Shown here one piece after another: positions 26,882 through 37,400 of a stretch of 51,796 nt of DNA. A program made the position numbers and the translations under genes. A model generated the notes under the pieces. The model did no database searches and was not told the origin of the DNA. It was given only the letters and a program-made list of their open reading frames with translations. The stretch covers positions 1-51,796 of the forward strand of contig CAZORR010000003.1 of the NCBI GenBank assembly GCA_964582115.1. The letters are read 5' to 3'. This stretch comes from an uncultured Pirellulaceae bacterium. Lineage in GTDB: Bacteria; Planctomycetota; Planctomycetia; Pirellulales; Pirellulaceae. How positions within the stretch are numbered: the first letter of the stretch is position 1; each line of letters begins with the position of its first letter.

Positions 26882-28786
26882 TTATTGCCAGTTCGCAATG
26901 ATCCGTCGAGCACGGGCCGATTTAGCCAAACGGGCATGTTTGTCGGCCAGGATAAGGTTGCCCAGTTTGACATAGCCGATTTCTAATGCCTCGTGAACTT
27001 CTTCGGGGAACTTTGCGCCTGACAGGCAGCGGTTCAATTGCTGGACTGCTAGTTCGGTTTCTCCCTGCTCCAATAAAATACGGCCATGGGACAACAGTAC
27101 TTCTGGGGCATTAGGTTGCTTTACCAGTGTTCGGTCAATCAAGTTCTTTGCCCAGGCGAGATCATATGTTTCAGCAAAAAACACACATGCCGTTGCTAAA
27201 CGATGGGCTTTGTCGCCTACGGATGGTTCAAACGCCCAAGCTTGGTCCAGGTGCCAGTCGGCACGATTTCGATTGCCTTGCCGCCAATGCAGTGTCGCCA
27301 GACCAATGTGATCCAAAGCAGATGGACGGTCTGAAGTGACCAGCCAATGGAAGGCGTCTACCAGTTGTTGATTGGTACAGGTGGGTACTTTGCCGGTGGG
27401 CGAGTCGGTGTTGTCATTGTTTTCGGTTCGTCCGCAAAGTAGTCTTGCCAGGCACGCGTAAGGAAGTGCGTAGGTTGGATCAGCCTCAATCGCGGCTTTG
27501 AGTTGGGTTATTCGATTTCGCAAAAGTGCGTCTGTTGACTGCGGTTCTAGTGCCGTTTCATTCAGCGGTATTGAGTGATACTCAAGCACGAAAATGTCTG
27601 CTAGGCCGCGTTGTAATAATGGATCCTCCCCAAACGCAATTCCCTTTTTCAAACAGTCTTTCGCCAGGTTAATATTGCCTTGGTTCACCATTGTTGCAGC
27701 CAGTTGAATCCGAGATCGGTGATCCAAGGGGTTGGCTTTCAGTTTGCTTTCGAGAATTTTTTGGGAATTAGCCAGCAGGCTGATTTTGGTTTCGAGCAGT
27801 TGCTTTCGCTCTTGTTTGGTCAAATGTTCCGCATTCAAAGAACGGTCGATCAAGTGAGCCGCTGCTACTGACAATTCGGGCGATTGAGCGGCAAGTTTAA
27901 TTCGTTGGCATGCCGCTTCAATGTCTTGTTGGTGTAGCCAATATTTTCCCCAAGCCAAGTGTATGCGTGGGTCGTCGTCATTGGCATTTTGTAAATGTGT
28001 TTTCAGTTGGTTGGTGGCTCGATCGACTTTTATTGAATCGGGAGATTGAGTCCATGCGAAGTCTGAATCGATTTCTTTTTCGATATTTCGAACTTCAGTC
28101 GTCAATTGGTTATCGAAGTTCTCAGCCAACTCGATTGCTCGTATCGCATGGGCGGCAGGATAGCCCCGCCTATTATCAGGTGCTATTTGAGCCAGCACGT
28201 GATCCGCTCGGTCACGCTCACCCGTAGCTCGCAGTACCGTGACCCACTGTAAAGCCTGAGGTGCGGATAGCGAGGAACGATTGAACAGCCGATTGAAATA
28301 CGTATTGGCCAACTCAAGGTTGCCACTGAGCAAAGCTTGGCGGGCTCGAGCGTTATATCGATCTTGAATTTGTTGACTCTGGATTGAATGTTGAAAGCCA
28401 ACAAAACACACCATCCCTACAGCAATCACTGCTGGCAGCAAAAACAGTAGGTTCTTTAAGTTCCGACGTTTTAGACCTTGGGAAATCAATCGATAAGGCA
28501 GCCGCAAACCCTCTTTAAAACTGTATTTGACGCGTTGGCGAATGGACCTGATTCCTCGTCGTCGCCCAGTTCTGTGTCCGCGAAAATAGAACATTTCGAT
28601 CAAGCTGGCCGGCGCGAACATCAGCTTGATCGGCATGATCGCCATCTGCCAGATCGTGTCTTGAATCGGACCCAAATGTTTGCGCCGTCTACGTTTACGC
28701 TTTTGTCGTCGTTGAAGCGACCCCGGTTGGTCCACCAGACGCTTGCCGACCGTATGATTTGCTTGTGACGCTTGTGGTTGAGTCAT
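26882..28786 (-). CDS. membrane-anchored TPR protein
   Basis: Basic N-terminus, TM segment, Ala/Leu helical repeats; AP...GY.AH motif shared with the neighbour. Confidence 0.8.
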   Translation of the reverse strand: MTQPQASQANHTVGKRLVDQPGSLQRRQKRKRRRRKHLGPIQDTIWQMAIMPIKLMFAPASLIEMFYFRGHRTGRRRGIRSIRQRVKYSFKEGLRLPYRLISQGLKRRNLKNLLFLLPAVIAVGMVCFVGFQHSIQSQQIQDRYNARARQALLSGNLELANTYFNRLFNRSSLSAPQALQWVTVLRATGERDRADHVLAQIAPDNRRGYPAAHAIRAIELAENFDNQLTTEVRNIEKEIDSDFAWTQSPDSIKVDRATNQLKTHLQNANDDDPRIHLAWGKYWLHQQDIEAACQRIKLAAQSPELSVAAAHLIDRSLNAEHLTKQERKQLLETKISLLANSQKILESKLKANPLDHRSRIQLAATMVNQGNINLAKDCLKKGIAFGEDPLLQRGLADIFVLEYHSIPLNETALEPQSTDALLRNRITQLKAAIEADPTYALPYACLARLLCGRTENNDNTDSPTGKVPTCTNQQLVDAFHWLVTSDRPSALDHIGLATLHWRQGNRNRADWHLDQAWAFEPSVGDKAHRLATACVFFAETYDLAWAKNLIDRTLVKQPNAPEVLLSHGRILLEQGETELAVQQLNRCLSGAKFPEEVHEALEIGYVKLGNLILADKHARLAKSARARRIIANWQ

Positions 28787-28952
28787 CGCGTTTAAAGTAC
28801 GGTCGAAAGAAATAAAACTAACGAGTGTTTGTTGACGGCCAAGAATACGATTTGAAAAATAGGTGCTTCGGTGAGCAGGTGGTTGAGTATTATCCCCGCA
28901 CTGTTGTCGTGGCCTTTTGCCGATTCAAACGCAGCTTGGATACCAAAGTGGC

Positions 28953-30638
28953 TTAATCCGAAATCGATGAGTGGTTGGATTGAGACCGATTGCGGTGCAG
29001 AATAGCCAATTCAGGTTGACCGATTTGATCGTAGATTTTGGCTATCTTCAAATGTACCGGCGACTTATTTTGGATCGTCCGCAACGCCTTTTGGAACTCT
29101 ACCAACGATTGTTGGTAGAGTCCCTGCTTCATCAGTACCGTTGCGAGTGTGTCTCTCAAACCACCTGCGTTTGGATTTTTTCGAACGGCTGAATCCGCTA
29201 ATTTAAATGCTTGTTCTAAGTTGGGTTGTTGAGCATGCGCCATTAACCAAGCGAGGTTATTGGCCACCACAGCGTATCCCGGCTGGTCTGGATCTAGGTT
29301 TTGATGAGCGGCTTCGATCGACATCTTGGATTCAGATAGTCGGTTTTCAGAGTGATAAATAATTCCTAATGCGAATTGCGGTAACGCTGCGGTAGGGTGT
29401 TCGGCAGCCACTTGCTCAATTGCCGTCAAAACAAATTGGCGATCAGGTTCCGCTTGTTGACGATGTAATTGAATTGCCGCTTGGCAAGTCGCTACGTTTT
29501 GTAAATCGTTGCGCCACGCATTGATCAACAGTTCCGTTTTCAATGCGACGTTACCGGTATCTGCCAGGGCAAGATACTCTTGCATGAAGAAGTCCGACAA
29601 TTGCGGGCGGAACACTTCTGGAGCCAATTCAACTCCTGTTTGCAGTTGCTGTTGTGCAAGTTTTGGGTTGCGCTGGCGTAAGTAGGTTTGAACCAAACCG
29701 ATGCGTGCTTGATGGTCGGCAGGATTGTCTTGTAATCGACTTTCAAACGCGGACCGAGCCAGCATCAAGGCAACTTGCTCATTGTCGGTTTCACCGGCTT
29801 GCTTGTGTAGCAATGCAAGGTTTAAATTTAATGAAGGCTTGGACAATGCGGCGATTTTCATCGCATCAATGGCTTGTGGAACCTGCGCAATGGAAATGAA
29901 ATACTGGGCTCTCGCAAAATTAACATCAGGCGAATCGGTATCTCCACCGGCATCTAAGTGCCATTTCAATAATTGTTTAGCCTCGGCGGGGTAAGGCTGT
30001 TTAAGTGTCCGTGCCAGTGACGCTGCGGCAAACTGATGAGCTGGAGCATAGCCGGCGTACGTGCCTTGTCCCGGTGCGAGTCGTTGAAGCAATTTGCAGG
30101 CTCGATCAGCTTGATTCGTTTTTGAAAGTGATTTGGCCAAGCGAAATTCTTCTTCTTGCGACAGCGTCGCGATGGTAGTTTCTAGTTGTTCAAAGCAACC
30201 GACGGCTTCTTCAAAGTTGTTTTGCTCAAACGCTACTGCCGCTCGGCTACGTAACGCACTGATCGCTCGCCGATTCTGAAACCCAAGCCATGAATATCCG
30301 GCCCCAAATAATAACAAGCAACCACTGAAAGCCATCACCCATAGCAGCACGCGAGTGTATTTTTTCTTTTTGAAGATCGTTGTCCAAAGGTCTCGAGGAG
30401 CCAACAGAATCATTGCGAATGTTGACGCTACAGAAACTGCGATCGACCATGGCAACGTCGTCGATTTAGAGCGTTTTCTGTCGTGGTGATCGCCAATTCG
30501 TTTTCGATCAAGCCGCATCGCTCTTTTGATGTCTTTTGTTGGCCGTTTGATCAACAACTCAACTGCTGTATATAGATCATTGGCCATTAACCCCAATTTC
30601 GCGGTTATCGACTTTGCTTTTTTAGATTTGATAGGCAT
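28953..30638 (-). CDS. membrane-anchored TPR protein (paralog of neighbour)
   Basis: TM segment, NPADHQARIGL, ANNLAWL, RDTLA TPR motifs. Confidence 0.85.
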   Translation of the reverse strand: MPIKSKKAKSITAKLGLMANDLYTAVELLIKRPTKDIKRAMRLDRKRIGDHHDRKRSKSTTLPWSIAVSVASTFAMILLAPRDLWTTIFKKKKYTRVLLWVMAFSGCLLLFGAGYSWLGFQNRRAISALRSRAAVAFEQNNFEEAVGCFEQLETTIATLSQEEEFRLAKSLSKTNQADRACKLLQRLAPGQGTYAGYAPAHQFAAASLARTLKQPYPAEAKQLLKWHLDAGGDTDSPDVNFARAQYFISIAQVPQAIDAMKIAALSKPSLNLNLALLHKQAGETDNEQVALMLARSAFESRLQDNPADHQARIGLVQTYLRQRNPKLAQQQLQTGVELAPEVFRPQLSDFFMQEYLALADTGNVALKTELLINAWRNDLQNVATCQAAIQLHRQQAEPDRQFVLTAIEQVAAEHPTAALPQFALGIIYHSENRLSESKMSIEAAHQNLDPDQPGYAVVANNLAWLMAHAQQPNLEQAFKLADSAVRKNPNAGGLRDTLATVLMKQGLYQQSLVEFQKALRTIQNKSPVHLKIAKIYDQIGQPELAILHRNRSQSNHSSISD

Positions 30639-30824
30639 GTTGTCAGATTTGGCTTAACGGAAGAGCTAGGGGAGCAAACAAATCAGCTGAAACGAGGCGA
30701 TGGGAGGGGCACCAATTTGTGATTGGTGTTACTTATAGGTATCGTCTTTGAACGCAGGTCGGCAAAATTAAAAAGTCGCTGACTGCTCAGCGGCTTACAT
30801 CAAGCGATTGAATGTTTGCTTTGT

Positions 30825-31418
30825 CTAGCTTCTGCGGCGTCGCCGGGATAAGACGATCAGTCCGGCAGTGCCAAGCATTAGGAATGCGGTTGGCTCGGGC
30901 GTAGCAAAAAGAGCGTTTGCTGTGCCGCCCAATGAACCTATTCCAAACCCGACTGGACTGCCGCCGTCGTAGGTAAATGTGTAAGTCAACTCAGTCGCGT
31001 TATCCAATGCAATCGGAGACGCAAGAATAGTTGAAGCGGCTGCGTTTAATTCCACAGGCGCTCCCACACCTGTGTTGATCGATACAGTCCAGTCACCGAT
31101 AAAATTAAGCGGTGATTGGGTCAACTGGAGGCCTGAAATGGACTGCAGGTCGCCAAAGACCCCTGCCCAATCGTATGAAACAACAAATTCGTCACCGATA
31201 TTGTTAGCAATAAATGAGTAGCGATTGCTATCAGACAGGGTAGCGGTCGTTGTGCCGGTGTTGTCAGAGACTGCTACGGTGATGCCGTTAGAACCAATCG
31301 CGGTTGGCCCTCCTCCAACTTGGTCGAGAATTGAAAAGTTGTCGATGAAAAATTCAGCTTGGGCGTTGCTGCACAGCAAACCGGTTAGCAATAAAGCGAG
31401 GGGCATGAATCGTTTCAT
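30825..31418 (-). CDS. PEP-CTERM sorting-signal surface protein
   Basis: Signal peptide (AQA-E); C-terminus TPEP + hydrophobic helix + RRRRRS. Confidence 0.9.
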   Translation of the reverse strand: MKRFMPLALLLTGLLCSNAQAEFFIDNFSILDQVGGGPTAIGSNGITVAVSDNTGTTTATLSDSNRYSFIANNIGDEFVVSYDWAGVFGDLQSISGLQLTQSPLNFIGDWTVSINTGVGAPVELNAAASTILASPIALDNATELTYTFTYDGGSPVGFGIGSLGGTANALFATPEPTAFLMLGTAGLIVLSRRRRRS

Positions 31419-31789
31419 AGTAATCACTAAAAATTAAGTTTTGTGAATTCGCTCGCCAATCTTTGGAAAGTCATTTTTAACCTAGCTTTTGCATTGCAGG
31501 TTTACCGCTGTTTTCTGTGAAAAGGCGGGGGCTGCGTTTTGATTGGCCGTCGGAAACCGAATTTTCGTTATTACCATCAAATCCACCATCTGCGCCAATC
31601 CGCCAAGTATTCCCAATCCGGCTTTGTTGTTAACCGCCTATTGGCTCAGAGACACTGGTTTGGCCGTTTGAAAATCCGTTTTTGCCTGGGCTCTGGCACT
31701 ACATCAAGGTTTCTTTCGCAAGTGACTTGCGAGCCAACCAGAATCTCGCGAAACTAGTTTATTGATCGCCGACAGATCTTTGCGAAAAA

Positions 31790-32968
31790 ATGCCAAGAGG
31801 TCTCGGTCAATTCGCTTGCAAACACAACTCAACACGCTTCGACCATCGGCCCAGTTCTTTGACTACTGAATCACAAACTCCCAACAACAATCAAGTCGCT
31901 GTTAGCCTTGGCAAACGCAGCTACCAGATCACGTTAGGCCCAGGAGCCTTGGCTGCCGCTGACCAAACGCTCAAGCCCTTCATCGAAAACCGACACGTGG
32001 TCTTGGTAAGCGATGAAAACGTGGCCGCGATTTATCTCGATTCGACGATTCAAATAATTCAGCGAGTGGCCAGCCGAGTGGACTCGTATGTCGTCGCTCC
32101 TGGCGAGCCTTCCAAATCCGTCGCCGTCTGTGATACCGCTTGGCAACAACTGCTAGAACTCGCCACCGATCGTGATTCGGTTATCGTGGCTTTGGGCGGT
32201 GGTGTCGTCGGTGATTTAGCTGGTTTTCTGGCTGCGACTCTCGGCCGAGGAATCGACTTTATCCAAATTCCAACATCGTTGTTGGCACAAGTCGATAGTA
32301 GCGTTGGTGGTAAAGTCGGAATCAACTTACCCAAATCAAAAAACATGGTCGGTGCGTTTTGGCAACCCAAAGCAGTGATCATTGATCCACAAGTCCTATC
32401 AACTCTGGACGAAGCCAACTACATTGCTGGGATGGCGGAAGTGATCAAGTACGGTTTGATCATGGACTTGCCTTTGTTTGAAACCATTGAAGCGTCCGTC
32501 GACAAAATCATGGGTCGCGATTACGAAACCATGACGGAGATCATTGCCTGGTGTTGTCGTTGCAAGGCCGCAGTCGTCGAAGCAGACGAAACCGAACGTA
32601 GTGGTCGTCGAGCGATTTTGAATTATGGGCATACTTACGGGCACGCCATCGAATCCGTATTTGGTTACGGGCGTTACTTGCATGGGCAAGCAATTGCGAT
32701 CGGGATGACGTGTGCGGGCCGGCTCGCACGGAATCTCGGCTTGGTCGACGAAGACTTTTTAGGCCGCCAAACCGCTCTTTTTCAAGCCATTGGCTTGCCG
32801 ACGGTTTGCCCGGACGAGCGACACGGCGACTTAATCAAAGCCATGAAGCGGGACAAAAAAGTTTCGCACGGCAAACTGAAATTGATTTTGCCAACTGAGA
32901 TTGGCAACGTTGAATTAATGCAGGCCCCTGACGACGAGACGATTTTAGAAAGTTTGCACAACGACTGA
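31790..32968 (+). CDS. aroB: 3-dehydroquinate synthase
   Basis: GEPSKS, ALGGGVVGDLAGF, PTSLLAQVDSSVGGK, KNMVGAF, LNYGHTYGHAIE; true start may be about 31859. Confidence 0.96.
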   Translation: MPRGLGQFACKHNSTRFDHRPSSLTTESQTPNNNQVAVSLGKRSYQITLGPGALAAADQTLKPFIENRHVVLVSDENVAAIYLDSTIQIIQRVASRVDSYVVAPGEPSKSVAVCDTAWQQLLELATDRDSVIVALGGGVVGDLAGFLAATLGRGIDFIQIPTSLLAQVDSSVGGKVGINLPKSKNMVGAFWQPKAVIIDPQVLSTLDEANYIAGMAEVIKYGLIMDLPLFETIEASVDKIMGRDYETMTEIIAWCCRCKAAVVEADETERSGRRAILNYGHTYGHAIESVFGYGRYLHGQAIAIGMTCAGRLARNLGLVDEDFLGRQTALFQAIGLPTVCPDERHGDLIKAMKRDKKVSHGKLKLILPTEIGNVELMQAPDDETILESLHND

Positions 32969-33004
32969 TTCTTTCAATCCACTTGGATGCGAGGGAGGTG
33001 AGTT

Positions 33005-34201
33005 TTGAGTGACCACAACATTCGACCCGAGTCACTAGAGGGCACAAACGTGTTGCCTAGTGGATCTGAAATCACTGAACAAGAGCGTGCCGCAACCAAG
33101 TTGCGCCAGATCGAAGCAGGCCTGCGATTGAAGCTTGTGCCCGGAGTGGGGCCCAAGACCTTTAGCGATTTGGTCAAGCATTTTGGTTCGCCCGGCGAAG
33201 TGCTTGCCGCAGCGCCGGCAGAACTTCGATGTGTACCTGGCGTTGGAGCAGGGATTGTTTCTGCCATCGCGGCGGCTCCTGACGATGCAAGCGTTCAACA
33301 GCAGATTAAACTTTGTAACGAGCATGGTATCGATATTCTAACCGCCGGTGGGAACGAGTATCCTGCGATTTTGGAAGAGATTTACGATCCGCCAAGCGTT
33401 TTGTTTTGTGCTGGTGAACTGACACCCGCCGATCAGATCGCCGTTGCCATCGTCGGGGCGCGGCATGCAACACAATACGGTAAAAAAGTTGCTCGACAGT
33501 TAGCCCGAGGATTGGCACTGGCAGGCGTTACGGTTGTGTCGGGAATGGCCCGAGGGGTCGACGGTGTTGCTCATCGCGCTGCACTCGAAGCCGGCGGGAG
33601 AACCATCGCGGTTCTCGGGGGTGGAATATTAAACATCTACCCGGCCGAACATACCGATCTCGCTGACCAAATTAAGGCCAACGGCGCGGTTTTGTCGGAG
33701 GCGCTTCCACGAGTCGCTCCTAAGAGTGGTTGCTTCCCGCGACGCAACCGGATCATTTCCGGAATCAGCTTAGGCGTCGTGGTGGTCGAGGCGGGTTCAC
33801 GAAGCGGCGCCTCCATTTCAGCTCGACTTGCCATGGAGCAAGGCCGCGAAGTGTTTGCGGTGCCGGGAAGAATCGACAGTCGAATGTCCTTTGGCTGCCA
33901 TAAACTACTCAAAGATGGCGCCAAGCTCGTGCAGTGTGTCGACGATATTTTGGACGAATTAGGGCCTTTGTTCGCGCCGGCCGAAATTGACGCCGAAAAT
34001 ACCGTTTACCATCCGGGCGAGCTAAAATTGTCCGATCAGGAGCGAAAGGTGCTCAATGCAATTGACCCGTATCCTACCGCGTTTGATGTCATTGTTGCAA
34101 AAGTTGAACTGCCTACACCCCGGGTGTTAGCGACGCTGTCGGTGCTGGAGGTACGCCACTTGATCCGTCGAGTCACAGGGTCGACTTTCGCCCGAGTATG
34201 A
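33005..34201 (+). CDS. dprA: DNA-processing protein DprA
   Basis: AIVGAR, VSGMARGVDG.AH, FPRRNRIISG, VVVEAGSRSG, GREVFAVPG; GGAGG RBS. Confidence 0.96.
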   Translation: MSDHNIRPESLEGTNVLPSGSEITEQERAATKLRQIEAGLRLKLVPGVGPKTFSDLVKHFGSPGEVLAAAPAELRCVPGVGAGIVSAIAAAPDDASVQQQIKLCNEHGIDILTAGGNEYPAILEEIYDPPSVLFCAGELTPADQIAVAIVGARHATQYGKKVARQLARGLALAGVTVVSGMARGVDGVAHRAALEAGGRTIAVLGGGILNIYPAEHTDLADQIKANGAVLSEALPRVAPKSGCFPRRNRIISGISLGVVVVEAGSRSGASISARLAMEQGREVFAVPGRIDSRMSFGCHKLLKDGAKLVQCVDDILDELGPLFAPAEIDAENTVYHPGELKLSDQERKVLNAIDPYPTAFDVIVAKVELPTPRVLATLSVLEVRHLIRRVTGSTFARV

Positions 34202-34404
34202 GCCAGTTTGGGGGGAGACGACCGGCTGACTGGCGAATTTCAGTGATAAATTTAAAAATCCAACGGTTTATGCGATGCTGAACACATGGTTTCCGGCGAT
34301 CCAGCGCTGATCAGAATCGGGGATTTTGGTAAACTGCTGCGTTTTAGAAAATATAGGTCGCTCCAAAATCTAATTTTCAGTGGACCATTTTGGCCCGCTG
34401 ATCG

Positions 34405-37400
34405 ATGAGTATTTGGATCCGAAGCCTTAGTCTCCCCCGGAGTTCGTTTGTAGTGGATGTTGAAGAATTATTCCGGCCGTTTTCGCCTCCTGAAACCAAC
34501 TTGCTTGAGCGTTTGCGATATTGGGCAGCAGCCATGCCTGACCGTACCGCTTACCGTTTTCTTGAAGCCGGAGAATTACACAATCCGGTCGAGTTGACTT
34601 ACGCGCAGTTGGACAAGAAGGCCCGAGCCATCGCGGCGTACTTGGTCGCTCAGGGTTACGCTGGCAAACGCGCGATCATGCTCTACGATCCGGGGTTGGA
34701 GTTCTTGGCGGCTTTTTTGGGGTGCCACTACGCTGCCGTCACGCCGATCCCAGCCTACCCGCCGCGACGTAATCGCAACATGAATCGAATCAATTCGATT
34801 TCCATTGATGCCGAAGCAGCTGTCGCGCTGACGACACAAACCATCATTAAACGCTGCGAAGACTTCGTGAAAGATTCGCCGGGCTTGCAGCGAATCCCGT
34901 GGTTAGCGACCGAAGCAATCGACTCGCAATACGCAGACGACTGGGTCAAACCCAACCTTAAGCCAGATGACCTTGGGTTGATCCAATACACCTCGGGTTC
35001 CACGGGCAACCCGAAAGGTGTGATGATTACGCACCAGAACCTACTAGCCAACTGCCGTTTGATCACCAAGTCATTTCGGATGGAGCCGGTATACGGAACA
35101 TGCATTAGCTGGTTGCCTCTGTATCACGACATGGGTTTGGTTGGCGGGATCCTGAACCCACTGTACTGTGGCATCGAAGATACCTTGATGTCTCCAGTTG
35201 CGTTTTTGACTCGCCCTATTCGCTGGCTGCGGGCGATATCCAAATACAGAGGATGGGTCAGTGGCGGCCCTAATTTTGCGTACGCCTGGTGTACGATGAA
35301 AATCACTCCCGAAGATTGCGAAGGCCTCGACCTGTCCTCTTGGAAGCTGGCGTTCAACGGGGCGGAGCCGGTGCGAGAGGATGTGATGCGCCAGTTCGCC
35401 GAGAAGTTTGAGCCTTACGGGTTTGAATACAAAAGGTTCTATCCGTGTTACGGCATGGCAGAAACGACCTTAATCGTGACCGGCGGCGATCATAAAAAGC
35501 CACCCGTTGTTCGACCCTTTGATAAAAACGAAATTGTTCAACACGCTGTAGTCCGAGTCGATAAGGACGATCCGAATGCAAAAATGCTTGTCGGTTGTGG
35601 AGCCGTGATCGACGAGGAAGAGGTGTTGATCGTCCATCCGGAAACTCGCCGCCCATTGCCGGACGATAAAATTGGTGAAATTTGGATCAACAGCCCTAGT
35701 TGTGGCGCCGGCTACTGGAAACGTGAACAAGAAACCAACGAAACCTTCAAAGCACGACTAAATCCCGACAACGGAAAGATCTACGTGCGTTCGGGAGACC
35801 TTGGTTTCATGGACCGTGGCGAGCTGTTCGTTACTGGTCGCTTGAAAGATATGATCATCGTCCGCGGTGTCAATCGTTACCCGCAAGACATTGAAGGGAC
35901 GGTTGAACAGTGTCACTCGCTAACACGCTCCGGTGGTGCGGCGGCGTTTGCGGTGTCTCGTTGGGACCGAGAGCACTTGGTGATTTATTGTGAGATTGAA
36001 CGCAGTGAACGAGGGAAAATCGAGTCTGATAAACACGATGTCATCGAAGCGATCCGCGCTTCGGTCAACGACGAACACGACCTGCCGCCGGATGCGATCG
36101 TTTTAGTTCGAGCCTACAGTATCCCGAAAACATCTTCGGGCAAAGTGCAGCGGCATGCTTGTAAAAAGAACTTCGAAAACAACCTCGACAAACACGTTAT
36201 CGCTCGGTGGAGTGCTTGGGAAGAGTCCCATCAAGCGGACGTTGCTCCGGTTGTCGCTCCTCCAGTCCCTGTAGACGCAACTGACGATAGTGGACTATCA
36301 TCCATCGTTGTCAACGCAGTAATTCATTTCGTTGAAAAAGTCGGGCAAGATCGCGCCAAAAACGTCACCATTGATACCAATATCGTTCACTTGGGACTTG
36401 ATTCGCTCGAACGATTGGATGTTGCCGAAAGCTTGCAAAATATGTTCGGCGGGCGGATGCCCGAAGACGTACTCCAAGAAGTTCATACGGTTCGTGAAGT
36501 TGCTGCTGCAATCGAAAAGTACATCGGTAGCCAGCCTGTGGCGGGTGCTGCGGGCATTGCAGGTGCCGCCAAAAATGCGAACGAAGCTTCTGCTGGTTCC
36601 AATCAACGTGGACCAGTCCCGGAGTCCTATTATGTGCTTGAAAAAATGCCTGAGTACTTGCGACTGAAGAGCATCCAGCAAGACATCCACGATACGGGCA
36701 TTCGCAATCCTTTTTTCAGTGTTCACGAAGGCCGCATTAGCGATACCACCCGTGTCGATGGACGCGAGTTGATTTCCTATGCAAGCTATAATTACCTGGG
36801 GCTATCAGGTTTAGCCGAAGTAAGTGAGTTTGCCAAAAGCGCGATCGATGAATTTGGAACTAGCGTATCAGCCAGCCGAATTGTATCGGGTGAAAAAACA
36901 ATTCACCGCGAATTGGAATCTGAACTAGCGGCGTTCATCGGTGTTGAGGACGTGATGACCTTCCCCGGCGGACACGCGTGTAACGAATCGGTAATCGGAC
37001 ATCTGGTCGGTCCCGGTGACTTGATTATTCATGATAGCTTTGCACACAACAGTATCGTCCAAGGTGCGGAACTTTCTGGAGCTCGTCGTCGCCCGTTTGA
37101 ACACAATAGCTGGCGGGATCTTAACCAAACATTGACGAACATTCGCGGTGATTATCGTCGAGTCCTGATTGCGATCGAAGGACTTTACAGTATGGACGGC
37201 GACTATCCAGAACTGCAACGTTTTGTCGACGTTAAAAATAAACACAAGGCGTGGTTGTACGTTGATGAAGCACACTCCATTGGCACGCTGGGCGAGACCG
37301 GACGCGGAATCGCGGAAGTGGCTGGCGTGGATCGCAAAGAGGTCGAACTGTGGATGGGAACACTCTCAAAATCGCTGGGAAGTTGCGGCGGTTTTGTAGG

